A stretch of DNA of 60,043 nt from Spirochaetota bacterium (GTDB lineage Bacteria; Spirochaetota; UBA4802; JAGODF01): the NCBI GenBank assembly GCA_026419015.1, contig JAOAAF010000003.1, forward strand, positions 1 to 60,043, in the 5' to 3' direction. Position numbers and translations under genes: made by a program. This document shows, one piece after another, positions 1-9,395 of the stretch. Position 1 is the first letter of the stretch, and each line of letters starts with the position of its first letter. The notes beneath the pieces were generated by a model, which worked only from the letters and a program-made list of their open reading frames with translations, was not told the DNA's origin and ran no database searches.

Positions 1-848
1 GGAATAAAATTCTCATGCCATTGCTGTTCATCATACTTTTTACGCTCATCGCGCGTGGGCTCATGATGGAAGGCGGCCTTAACGGACTTTCATTTTTCCT
101 GAAACCAGATTTTTCGAAGATTACCATAACATCGGTAATCAGCGCAATGGGCCAAGCCTTTTTTAGCTTAAGTCTTGGGATGGGGGCGATGATCACCTAT
201 GGGAGCTACTTGTCTCCAAATGAAAAAATTCTTAACTCTGCCTTTTACATTGTCGTTTTAGACACGATGGTTGCCATTCTTGCGGGATTGGCAATATTCC
301 CCGCAGTCTTCGCAATGAATATGTCGCCACAAGAGGGGGTTGGCCTAATTTTTCACATCATCCCCGTAGTGTTCGGAAACATGCCCTATGGATATATCTT
401 TAGCATACTTTTCTTTATATTGCTTTTTATCGCAGCTCTCACGTCTGGAATTTCGCTTTTAGAAGTCATCACCGCGTACGTCATCGATGAACTTGGATGG
501 AAACGGCGCAACGCGGTAATTGTTTTTGGCACAGTTATTTTTTTAATCGGCATCCCTTCGGCGCTTTCCTTTAACCTTTTAAAAGACTTTCGAATAGTAA
601 GTTCCTTAACTTTTTTCGATTTTATGGATAAACTCACCTCCAATTACATGCTTCCAATCGGTGGATTTCTCATTGCAGTCTTCCTCGGCTGGAAATACGG
701 TCTTGAAAAAACAATTCACGAACTCGATCCCGATACTAAAATCATTTCTCTGAAAGAACTATGGGCTTTCTTTATAAAATTCGTAAGCCCGGTACTCGTA
801 TTAATTTTGTTCCTCATGTTGATTCGCAGCGATGCTGTTGGGGGATAA
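1..848 (+). CDS. Sodium-dependent transporter, NSS/SNF family (5'-truncated)
   Basis: AMGQAFFSLSLGMGAMITYGSY and AGLAIFPAVFA motifs, multiple TM helices. The frame is open from the window start (NKILMP...). Confidence 0.9.
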   Translation, partial: NKILMPLLFIILFTLIARGLMMEGGLNGLSFFLKPDFSKITITSVISAMGQAFFSLSLGMGAMITYGSYLSPNEKILNSAFYIVVLDTMVAILAGLAIFPAVFAMNMSPQEGVGLIFHIIPVVFGNMPYGYIFSILFFILLFIAALTSGISLLEVITAYVIDELGWKRRNAVIVFGTVIFLIGIPSALSFNLLKDFRIVSSLTFFDFMDKLTSNYMLPIGGFLIAVFLGWKYGLEKTIHELDPDTKIISLKELWAFFIKFVSPVLVLILFLMLIRSDAVGG

Positions 849-884
849 AAATAAAAAAATTTCGCACCACCTTCAATTCACTTT

Positions 885-1124
885 ATGAATACAAAAATCG
901 AAAACTGGAAACATGCCACGTGCCCGGGATTGAATAACATCAAAACTCCACAGCTTTTCGTGGTGGAGTGCCCATCATGCGGCGAAAATGTGGAGATTTT
1001 TTCAGATGAAATAAAAGCCCCCTGCCCGCGGTGTAGTCAATCCGTCCATCGCCACCTTTCGACGTGTGCGCACTGGTGCGCTCATGGACGCGAATGCATC
1101 GATTCGACGACGAGCAAAGAATAA
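885..1124 (+). CDS. Small Cys-rich zinc-ribbon protein
   Basis: CPG...CPSCGENVEIFSDE...CPRC...CAHWCAHGREC; 8 Cys in 79 aa. Confidence 0.75.
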   Translation: MNTKIENWKHATCPGLNNIKTPQLFVVECPSCGENVEIFSDEIKAPCPRCSQSVHRHLSTCAHWCAHGRECIDSTTSKE

Positions 1125-1133
1125 CGAAATTCG

Positions 1134-1271
1134 TTACCTCTTTGGACAACGATCAATGCACGCGTTTTGATCTATATGCCGTATTTGAACATCGTAAAGG
1201 AAATTACAGACGACCGAATCTCGATAATGCGCCATATAAAAGGGGCATTTTTTGCAATACTGCAATGTCAT
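1134..1271 (-). CDS. 45-aa Cys-rich small protein (MTLQYCKKCPFY...CIDRCPKR)
   Basis: GGGAGG Shine-Dalgarno 7 nt before the ATG at 1271 and a sigma-28-like promoter upstream. The listed ORF start at 1361 is probably too long. Confidence 0.6.
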   Translation of the reverse strand: MTLQYCKKCPFYMAHYRDSVVCNFLYDVQIRHIDQNACIDRCPKR

Positions 1272-1326
1272 AACACTTCCTCCCTGAATAATCGCTTTCA
1301 TCCGTGAACGATCAATGCCGTCAAAT

Positions 1327-1354
1327 ATATCGGTATTTTTTTCGTAAAACTCAA
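1327..1354 (-). promoter_or_regulatory. Putative sigma-28 (FliA) promoter for the 45-aa ORF
   Basis: TTGAG-N15-ACCGATAT on the minus strand. Confidence 0.5.
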
Positions 1355-1386
1355 GCACCATTTCGCCTAATCGAGCGAAAATCTTA

Positions 1387-1415
1387 TTGACGATTGTAAC
1401 CGCAATTATTAGCTT
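1387..1415 (+). promoter_or_regulatory. Putative sigma-70 promoter of the PAS-GGDEF-EAL gene
   Basis: TTGACG-N17-TAGCTT about 60 nt before the ATG at 1477. Confidence 0.5.
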
Positions 1416-1476
1416 ATTAAAGGGGTGAAAAGTACAAAAAATTTTTTCTGTAATATTATTTTTTCACCTAACACGA

Positions 1477-4400
1477 ATGGATGTAAATTCTCAAAAATCA
1501 CCTGTCACCCTCGTGGAGGGATTTTTTCACGTCGATTCGCGTGGGTTGTGCACATACGTGAGCCCCTCGCTTGCAAAACTATTTCACAAAGATCCTAAAG
1601 AGATAATTGGAAAAGAAATTTTCGATTTTTTTAAAAATACGTTTTTCTCCGAAGTACCGTTCCCGTCGGATGATGTGTTACGATCAACCAAGCCTATCAT
1701 GTGCACAATTTATTATCCACAATCTTCAGATTCAACTTTACGCCGTTTTGAACTTTCCATCGCAAAAGATGAAGAAGGCCTGTTTCGTGGCACATTGAAA
1801 GAAATAACGGCTGGCGATATGCGCCACAACGAAAACAACACCCAAAACGAACAATGGTATCGCGATGTAGTGGAACATGGAAACGACATTATTTACCGAA
1901 TAAATGACAAAGGCAATTTTCTCTATATAAATCCATGCGGCATCGAAAAGCTCGGCTACAGCTTTGAAGAATTTACAAAATTAAATCTTAAAGATGTCGT
2001 GCCACAAGAATTTTACCGCGACATTCTACATTTTTTCGAAAATCAGATCACATCTCGTAATAAGTGTGCATATTTTGAATCGCCCTTCATCAAAAAAGAT
2101 GGAAGAAGAATTCATATGTGGCAGTCCTCAATTCTCAACAAAAACGCAAACGGTGCATATGAATTCTCAGTAGTTGGTCGAGATATTACTGAAATAAAAT
2201 CGCTTCAAGAAGCTTTGGTACAGACTGAAGAAAAATACCGGGCAATACTGGACAACATGCGAGAAGGTTACTACCAAACAGACTTGAAAGGAAAAATCGT
2301 CTATGTCAATCAAGCGTTATTAAACCTCACTGGATATACTGCCAATGAGATGATTGGCGAAAGCTATAAGAAGTTTTTTAGTAAAGAAACTGCAGAGAAA
2401 ATTTTTAATCTTTTTCACGAAGTATATACTTCCACTAACCCAAACGAATTCAGCGACTGGGAATTAATTGCGAAAGATGGAACAAAGAAATCCATTGCCG
2501 CTTCTATTGAATTGATGATAAACCAAGAAGGCGAAAAAATTGGATTTTGGGGAATGATTTTTGACCTCACGGACAAAAAGCGCTTCATCAACGCTCTCAT
2601 TGATAGCGAACGCCGATTGCGCGATTTAGTTGAACATCTTCCAGAAATCGTATTCGAACTCGATTCCCAAGGAAACATCCTTTACGTTAACAACAGAACA
2701 GTCGAAGTGCTTGGGTATGAGCGCGAAGAGCTTCTCGGCACTAATGCGCTTAACATTGTTATTCCCGAACAGCGCGATCGCGCCATTCGCGGGTTACAGA
2801 ACACCCTTGCGGGAAAAAAATATACAGCCCAAAACTACATTTTCCAAGGGAAACACCGCCAGATTCCAATTCATTTGTACACCACACCCATGATCGAATC
2901 GGACATTGTCGTTGGCTTGCGCGGCATTGCAATCGATATTACCAATATTCTCGAAGCGGAAAAGCATCTAAAAGAAAGCCACGAAAAATTTCGCACGATG
3001 ATAGAAAACAGTTCCGAAATCATTTCCATCATCGATGAGAATGGAATTATCCAGTTCGAAAGCCAATCGATCACGCGCATCCTTGGCTATGAGATAGATG
3101 AGAGAATTGGCACAAATGCATTGGAATTTATTCACGAAGACGATCGATCTTATATCGAAAACATTTTGCAAAAGAGCGCACAACTGAATCATTCTGAAAT
3201 TGCGCGGTTTGAATATCGCTATCGACATAAAAATGGCCAGTGGCGATATTTGGAATCTACCGCTACGAACCTTTTATGCAATCCACTTATTAATGGGATT
3301 TTGCTCAACACGCGCGATATCACAGAAAAGAAAATTGCTGAAAAGGCAATGGAACAACGAGAAAAAAAATACTCTACGCTCTATAATAACGCATTGGTAG
3401 CAATGCTCACAATCGATGCCCAAACACACTGCATTTTACAGACAAATGACCTTGGCTTTTCCTTCTTTGATTTTCGCAATCGAAATGACATAATAGGTCA
3501 AAACTTTTTTGATTTTTTTGAACATCAACGCGATGCCTTTTTATTTTTACAGCGGTTAAGAAATGATGGCGCAGTATCCAATTTTGAAACGAGCTTTATT
3601 TCAAAACGCGGCATAAGAAAATGGGCAGAGATATCGGCAAAGCTTCCCGCTGAAAATAACGACATCGATATGGTCATCATTGACATTTCCCGCCGCAAAG
3701 AAACCGAAGAAATGCTCACCAGTTATATTTTTTACGACCAACTCACAAAACTTCCAAATCGCGACATGTTCATCAATAAGCTAAAAACCGAAATCATAAA
3801 ATCAAATCGCAGAGATCGCCGAAAATTTTTCGCAGTAATGTGCGTGGGATTGGATAGATTTAAAAATATCAACGAAATGCATGGCGCAACAATAGGTGAC
3901 CATTTGCTCCAAAAAATCGCAGAAAAGCTTAAAACATCGTTTCGCGAAGATGACCTCGTTGCCCGACTCGATGGCGATAAATTCATCATTTTATTTTCGG
4001 AAATCGGTTCTCCTGAAAGAGTCGCAGAACTTGTACAGAAAACTTATGCAATTTTTGCCGATCCCTTCATTGTCGATGGGCACGTGTTTATGATTACCAT
4101 CAGCATTGGCGTAAGCATCTTCCCCACCGATGGAGTTCGCGAAGACGTTCTCATGCGCAATGCAGAACGGGCAATGTATCAAGCAAAACAAAAAGGGAGA
4201 AACACGTATTGCCTCTACGATGAAAAGCTCAATGCAGAAATCATGAAACAAATGCGAATCGAAGAAGAGCTTCGACACGCGATATTGCGAAATGAATTCC
4301 TCGCGTTTTATCAGCCACAGGTTCGCCAAGATGGTTTTATAATCGGGATGGAAGCGCTCGTGCGATGGAATTCTCCGCAACGGGGAATGATTTCGCCAAG

Positions 4401-5007
4401 CGAATTTATACCCATTGCCGAAAAAACGGGAATGATTGAACAGATTGGGAATCTTATTTTGTACGAATCGTGCATGCAAAACGCGCGATGGCAAGCGATG
4501 GGCTATCGAAAAGTTCGCGTCGCGGTGAACCTTTCGGCTGTTCAGTTTAACAAACCCGACATTGTGTCGCACATCGCGCACGTGCTTTGCGATACTCGCC
4601 TTGACCCAAAATGTCTTGAATTGGAAATCACCGAAAGCGGGATCATCCAAAACGAAGCCGAAAGCATAGAAAAGTTACGGGAACTTAAAAACTTAGGCGT
4701 TTCTATTTCAATCGACGATTTCGGCACTGGATATTCATCCCTTTCAAAACTGCGCGATTTTCCAATCGAAACGCTAAAGATTGACAAAACGTTTATTGAC
4801 AAAATTCCTGCCGATAAAAAATCTTCAACAATCGCGCGGACGATTATTGATCTGTCGCACAATCTCGGCTTTAAAGTAATCGCCGAAGGAGTTGAAACAA
4901 AAGAGCAATTTTCTTTTCTTTTACAAAACCATTGCGACTTATTCCAAGGATATTATTTCTCAAAACCCCTTCCCGCGAAGGATTTTGAAGAGAAAATTAA
5001 ATTGTAA
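1477..5007 (+). CDS. Six-PAS / degenerate GGDEF / EAL c-di-GMP phosphodiesterase
   Basis: Six PAS-like repeats. The GGDEF site reads DGDKF. EAL motifs are intact (EALVRW, LEITES, DDFGTGYSS, LKID, AEGVE, QGY). Confidence 0.92.
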   Translation: MDVNSQKSPVTLVEGFFHVDSRGLCTYVSPSLAKLFHKDPKEIIGKEIFDFFKNTFFSEVPFPSDDVLRSTKPIMCTIYYPQSSDSTLRRFELSIAKDEEGLFRGTLKEITAGDMRHNENNTQNEQWYRDVVEHGNDIIYRINDKGNFLYINPCGIEKLGYSFEEFTKLNLKDVVPQEFYRDILHFFENQITSRNKCAYFESPFIKKDGRRIHMWQSSILNKNANGAYEFSVVGRDITEIKSLQEALVQTEEKYRAILDNMREGYYQTDLKGKIVYVNQALLNLTGYTANEMIGESYKKFFSKETAEKIFNLFHEVYTSTNPNEFSDWELIAKDGTKKSIAASIELMINQEGEKIGFWGMIFDLTDKKRFINALIDSERRLRDLVEHLPEIVFELDSQGNILYVNNRTVEVLGYEREELLGTNALNIVIPEQRDRAIRGLQNTLAGKKYTAQNYIFQGKHRQIPIHLYTTPMIESDIVVGLRGIAIDITNILEAEKHLKESHEKFRTMIENSSEIISIIDENGIIQFESQSITRILGYEIDERIGTNALEFIHEDDRSYIENILQKSAQLNHSEIARFEYRYRHKNGQWRYLESTATNLLCNPLINGILLNTRDITEKKIAEKAMEQREKKYSTLYNNALVAMLTIDAQTHCILQTNDLGFSFFDFRNRNDIIGQNFFDFFEHQRDAFLFLQRLRNDGAVSNFETSFISKRGIRKWAEISAKLPAENNDIDMVIIDISRRKETEEMLTSYIFYDQLTKLPNRDMFINKLKTEIIKSNRRDRRKFFAVMCVGLDRFKNINEMHGATIGDHLLQKIAEKLKTSFREDDLVARLDGDKFIILFSEIGSPERVAELVQKTYAIFADPFIVDGHVFMITISIGVSIFPTDGVREDVLMRNAERAMYQAKQKGRNTYCLYDEKLNAEIMKQMRIEEELRHAILRNEFLAFYQPQVRQDGFIIGMEALVRWNSPQRGMISPSEFIPIAEKTGMIEQIGNLILYESCMQNARWQAMGYRKVRVAVNLSAVQFNKPDIVSHIAHVLCDTRLDPKCLELEITESGIIQNEAESIEKLRELKNLGVSISIDDFGTGYSSLSKLRDFPIETLKIDKTFIDKIPADKKSSTIARTIIDLSHNLGFKVIAEGVETKEQFSFLLQNHCDLFQGYYFSKPLPAKDFEEKIKL

Positions 5008-5010
5008 AAG

Positions 5011-5508
5011 CTATTTATTTTCAATCATCATTCTATTGCGAACAGAATACAATTTCTGCTTAATATTTTCACCTGTTATTTCATAAATCAGCTTGCAATT
5101 GCCTTCACCATCGTATTCCATTTCAATTACTTTTCCCGCCGAAATGTGCTGCCCCAATTCCTGCGTTACTCTTTTTTTAATTTCACTTCGGGGAATATGC
5201 GCAACATCGCGCGCGATGGTGGTAATAAATTCTTCATAAATTATGTAGTGCGCCATAAGGATCGCCGCTTGCAAAGCCTGAGTTTTGCGTTCAGAAAGAT
5301 CGCCTGCCTTATATTTTGCGGCTCCTGCAGCGCGTACGCGAAACTCATTGTCGGAAATCCACCCAATCTGCGAACGTGGGGGTAACTTGCGCTCATCGCG
5401 CGCCCAGTTGCAAGCGATAAGCAAAAGCAAAATCCCAAGTAATAAAGCTTTTAATAGCGCAAATGCCCGTCGTTTTTCCCGCTTACCTGCGTATCGTTGA
5501 AATTCCAT
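5011..5508 (-). CDS. Lipoprotein, LPP20/LipL21-like fold (tentative)
   Basis: Signal peptide with LLIAC lipobox. Start is probably MEFQR at 5508 (the listed ORF extends to 5577). Paralogous to 7217..7582. Confidence 0.7.
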   Translation of the reverse strand: MEFQRYAGKREKRRAFALLKALLLGILLLLIACNWARDERKLPPRSQIGWISDNEFRVRAAGAAKYKAGDLSERKTQALQAAILMAHYIIYEEFITTIARDVAHIPRSEIKKRVTQELGQHISAGKVIEMEYDGEGNCKLIYEITGENIKQKLYSVRNRMMIENK

Positions 5509-6559
5509 AAACCGGTAACGGCGTGAGATGTCGCTTTTCATTCGTTGTAATCGAGTATATGTACAATCCATTTTCATTTTGATCAGTGCTGGCTAAACCA
5601 ATGACTAATTTATCATTATCGTAAATATCCAACATTGCCTTGCCTAAAGACGAATTGAAGCTTACTCTATACGGCATGAAGGACGAATTTCCCAATCCAT
5701 CCGATTGATATTTTAACAATTTAATACTGCCGGAGTGAGTGCCGATTGCAAAAATCGAAGTGGCATCCATTATTGCATAATCGAATATAGTGCCATCGCT
5801 GTAAGCGTAGGTGTTCGAATTATCACACAACTTCGAAGAGTTCCCTAACCAAAATTGGGCATCCACACGGTCATAAAAAATCGGAAAAAATCCACTCTCA
5901 ACATCACGCGCGATTATTAAATTGCCATTTAGATCGTACAATCGATATTGATAGGTTCCACCCGAAATTTGCTCAACCATATATGAACCATCTCTTTTTG
6001 AAGAAGCGAAAATAGCCACATTAACAGTTCCAGTTTGCCTCATATATTGCCAGGGTGGATTTTGAGACGCTTCAAATCGATATAACTTATTGCCACTCGT
6101 CATCAACACAGGGAAGCCATTTTCATTGGCAAATCCTTGAAACGACGTAGAAAAGTCATACACGATATTCATTCCTTCTCGAATGGCATATACGTAATTC
6201 TTATAGGCATAGTTATCATATTTCGTTACAAAGACCCATCCGGTCTTATCGAGATACACGGTCCCGTTGCATTCACCCTCATATACCTGCATGGAACGAA
6301 AAATCATTTTGTCATCGCACAACAACACCTTCGTATTTTTTACCGCTTCCCCCTCAACGACAATCGCTGCGATCGTATAACTCATGCTCCCAGTGCCGTT
6401 TTTATTATTTTCATCAGCCCTCTCATAAGCAGTTTTTGCGGGATTATACAACTCTTCCCGGCAGCGAGCATTTACCGCCAAAAGGCTTATTATGCTTACT
6501 ATTGCAATAAAAACTCGCCATACGGTATGATGAGCACAAAATTGCAATCTCCCTCTCAT
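5483..6559 (-). CDS. Exported, probably lipid-anchored, beta-rich hypothetical protein
   Basis: 358-aa ORF with a hydrophobic N-terminal segment followed by Cys; rich in Tyr/Gly/Asn beta-strand patterns. Confidence 0.7.
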   Translation of the reverse strand: MRGRLQFCAHHTVWRVFIAIVSIISLLAVNARCREELYNPAKTAYERADENNKNGTGSMSYTIAAIVVEGEAVKNTKVLLCDDKMIFRSMQVYEGECNGTVYLDKTGWVFVTKYDNYAYKNYVYAIREGMNIVYDFSTSFQGFANENGFPVLMTSGNKLYRFEASQNPPWQYMRQTGTVNVAIFASSKRDGSYMVEQISGGTYQYRLYDLNGNLIIARDVESGFFPIFYDRVDAQFWLGNSSKLCDNSNTYAYSDGTIFDYAIMDATSIFAIGTHSGSIKLLKYQSDGLGNSSFMPYRVSFNSSLGKAMLDIYDNDKLVIGLASTDQNENGLYIYSITTNEKRHLTPLPVYGISTIRR

Positions 6560-6662
6560 ACTACCACCTCACAAAGAAGGCCTATTCTTCCATTGTACAG
6601 AATTTTTAAACTTTCCTATCATCTATTTAATATTTCTTTTCTTTAAAGAAGTGTAATTTTTT

Positions 6663-7220
6663 TCAAAGCCCCAACTCATTTGAAATTTCGCGCATCGCAT
6701 CAAGCGCCAGTTCAACAAACTCTGGCAATGAAAATCCAATCTTTTCGCATTCCATGATGACATCGCGGTTTACTCCTCGCGCAAATGCCTTTTCCTTCAT
6801 CCGCTTAATCACTGAAGATGGTTTTACGCTGGCAATTTTTTTGTCGGGATACACCAAAGTTGTGGCCACAATCAAGCCGGTAAGAGTTTCTGCAGCGGCA
6901 AGCGCATGGTGAAATTTTTTGTGGCGCGATTCACCGGGATGTGCCTGCTCGTTATGCAATCGAATCGCTTCGATTATTTCCTCACTCACCCCTGCATCCA
7001 TAAGTATTTTTACCGCTTCTTTGGTATGAACAGAAAGATCCGAATTGGTAATTTCCACATCGATATCGTGCAAAAGCCCTGCCAGTGCCCAGCTCTCTTC
7101 GTCCTCGCCCAATTTTTTTGCAAGCGCGCGCATTACCGCTTCTGTGGCAACGCAATGTTTGACCATGTTTTCGTTTTTCACGTAGGTTTTTAGCAACTCA
7201 AGCGCTTGTGTTCTTTTCAA
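6663..7220 (-). CDS. HD-superfamily (HDIG-type) metal-dependent phosphohydrolase
   Basis: KHCVATE...GLLHDID...LHNE...ETLTGLIVA...KEKAFARGVNR. Confidence 0.88.
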   Translation of the reverse strand: MKRTQALELLKTYVKNENMVKHCVATEAVMRALAKKLGEDEESWALAGLLHDIDVEITNSDLSVHTKEAVKILMDAGVSEEIIEAIRLHNEQAHPGESRHKKFHHALAAAETLTGLIVATTLVYPDKKIASVKPSSVIKRMKEKAFARGVNRDVIMECEKIGFSLPEFVELALDAMREISNELGL

Positions 7221-7582
7221 CGCTTTTTACTCTCCGATTTTCGAAGCCTTTTGCGTAAATTCTTTTTCTCGATTACATAATATACAATTGCATACTCATC
7301 GAACACGTCAAATTTTTTTACAAGGCCATTTCTTACCGGATCCACTGTTTCGTTGAAAATTTCTTTGGCAATCATTTGCGCGTTTAAAAGCGCAGCTTCC
7401 TTGGCAGTTTCGCGTTTCGATATACCGCTTGTGCCTGCTTTTGGAAATCCTTTGCATACAATGAAATACTTATTGTTCCCCTGAAATCCCTGTCGGATTA
7501 CCACGTGGTGCTTTGTTACCTCTCCCATCTGTGCAATTGCGACAATGAACAAAAAGATGGTTGGAATGGCTAAGTTCCCCAT
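7217..7582 (-). CDS. Secreted protein, paralog of 5011..5508
   Basis: N-terminal hydrophobic signal, AKEAALLNAQ motif, AAAGGGG RBS. Confidence 0.72.
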   Translation of the reverse strand: MGNLAIPTIFLFIVAIAQMGEVTKHHVVIRQGFQGNNKYFIVCKGFPKAGTSGISKRETAKEAALLNAQMIAKEIFNETVDPVRNGLVKKFDVFDEYAIVYYVIEKKNLRKRLRKSESKKR

Positions 7583-7727
7583 ATTGCCCCTTTAACACAT
7601 TTTAAGTTCGGCACGATACTAAATTATCTATTTCAACTGATTTTGCGATTCGCTGCCAATCGCTTTTGCACAACGCAAAGCGCATTAAAGTGTTCAAAAT
7701 ACAGCCTTTCGACAAAGTTACGTTGAC

Positions 7728-8090
7728 TTACATTTTTAAAGCTTTTCGCATTTTTTGAGCAAATTCCTGTTCGTTAAGCGGAAATGTAAAATATTCATCT
7801 GCACCGCGTTCGTAGGCATCGATAAACGGAAGTGGGTGTTTTATTACTGAAATTGCAACCACCGGTATTTGTTCCATTCCATGAATTTTTCGTACTTTCT
7901 CAATTACCAGCAAACCATCGAGCGATTCTGAATAAATCACGACAATCACTGCTCGCACATTCCCACCGCCAAGCCGTTGCAAAAATTCCCGCTCGTCTCG
8001 AAAAATCTCACACCGCTCGTTAAAAGAATCCAACGAACGATGCAATGCAACATCATGCTCGCGAACTTCGTTTAGTATTACAAATGCCAT
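7728..8090 (-). CDS. Stand-alone pseudo-receiver (CheY-like) protein
   Basis: Receiver pattern (LDG...IPVVAIS...GADEY.T.P) but the phospho-acceptor Asp and the conserved Lys are absent. Confidence 0.8.
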   Translation of the reverse strand: MAFVILNEVREHDVALHRSLDSFNERCEIFRDEREFLQRLGGGNVRAVIVVIYSESLDGLLVIEKVRKIHGMEQIPVVAISVIKHPLPFIDAYERGADEYFTFPLNEQEFAQKMRKALKM

Positions 8091-8093
8091 CTG

Positions 8094-9386
8094 TCAGTTC
8101 TTTTCCATGTACAGTTTTCGAAGCATTGCGTTCATCCTCGGGCTTTCAATAACGCGAACAATCTTTCGAAAGTTGTCCGATCGAAGGTCTATCTGGATGC
8201 GGCTTTTCTTTCTATTAAGCGTTGCATCGTAAAACACTTCCACCCGTGGGGTAAGTGGTCTTCCTCTAAAAATCTCGATGATGCGCGCAAACTCATACGA
8301 AATCGGTGTGCGCTGATCTTTTCCCACAATTCTTCCCCCCGATTCGATCATCACAAAATTTCCTTCTTCCAAAAAATCCCTACCTCTGTTCAACGAAAGG
8401 GAAAGCGCTTTCAAGAAAAGGTGCACATCCGATACCGAAAAATAATAGTTGGAAGTGTTAAGGATGTAACGAAGCGCCGTGCGGGGCTCATTTCCCTGCC
8501 GCCACGGAGTTGTAGTGGTAAGCGCATCGTACATATCGCAAATCCCTAAGATGCGGACTTCTTCAGGAAGTTTGAAATAAAATTCTCTGCTTGCGCCATC
8601 GCGCTCCTTGCGATTTGGATATCCATAGATGACAAATTTCCGATGATGAAAAAGTGCCCCGTATTTAATTAAATCGCTTATCTTTTTTTGTGGGGAATAC
8701 TTTTCAACATCCGCCAAAATTCGATACCCCTCGCGGGTGTGTTCCAACATTATCTTCATTTCTTCTTTGGAAAGCGGGCCAGGTTTGTCGACAATCTCTT
8801 TCGGGATGCGAAGCTTCCCAATATCGTGCAAGTACCCCGCAATTGACATCGTTCGAATGCGGTCAGCATTGTACGAAGTTTTGTACTGGTAAACCATCGC
8901 CAAAAGGCCCACATTCACCGAGTGAACATAGGTATAGTAATCAAAATTGCTAATATCTTTCAAAAGGGAAAGCACTCCTCCATAGCGATCTTCGCTTTTG
9001 AGATTGCTTAAAAGTTCTACCATATCGCGGTGGGTGTTAAGGTATTGTTCGTATGTCATTGTCCCCGTTTGTCGAACATTTGCATATGTTGCCGCAGTAT
9101 TTTCGGCTAAGCTTTTAATTCTATCCTGCGAAAATATTTCATAATCATAATTGCCAACTTTTTCAGATATGCGCGGGATGAAAAACCGAATACCCTGCTT
9201 TGATTTCTCTGCGATTTCTTCTTTGGTGATCGATTTACCAGCGTGAAAAATGATGTTTTCGTTTTGGTCGTAAATATTAAACGTGAGAATTTTCTCCCCG
9301 CTGAGCTTCTCAAAAAATGAATGGGAAATCTCTTCGTAGCGCGAAAGGTCGATTGCAATTTCGTTTTTCCCGGCAAAATCTTCCAT
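8094..9386 (-). CDS. HD-GYP domain protein (variant motifs)
   Basis: YTYVHSVNV, LHDIGK, HHRKFVIYGYP, CDMYDALT. Confidence 0.88.
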   Translation of the reverse strand: MEDFAGKNEIAIDLSRYEEISHSFFEKLSGEKILTFNIYDQNENIIFHAGKSITKEEIAEKSKQGIRFFIPRISEKVGNYDYEIFSQDRIKSLAENTAATYANVRQTGTMTYEQYLNTHRDMVELLSNLKSEDRYGGVLSLLKDISNFDYYTYVHSVNVGLLAMVYQYKTSYNADRIRTMSIAGYLHDIGKLRIPKEIVDKPGPLSKEEMKIMLEHTREGYRILADVEKYSPQKKISDLIKYGALFHHRKFVIYGYPNRKERDGASREFYFKLPEEVRILGICDMYDALTTTTPWRQGNEPRTALRYILNTSNYYFSVSDVHLFLKALSLSLNRGRDFLEEGNFVMIESGGRIVGKDQRTPISYEFARIIEIFRGRPLTPRVEVFYDATLNRKKSRIQIDLRSDNFRKIVRVIESPRMNAMLRKLYMEKN

Positions 9387-9395
9387 AAAAAACCA

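Noticed and set aside
7641-7660. Sigma-54 promoter (TGGCAG...TCGCA, minus strand)
   Set aside because: GG-to-GC spacing is 9, not the required 10.
7661-7682. TTTGC-N5-GCAAA palindrome as a leptospiral LexA box
   Set aside because: Spacing is TTTG-N7-CAAA rather than the TTTG-N5-CAAA I recall, and no SOS gene is adjacent. More likely a weak hairpin after the operon.
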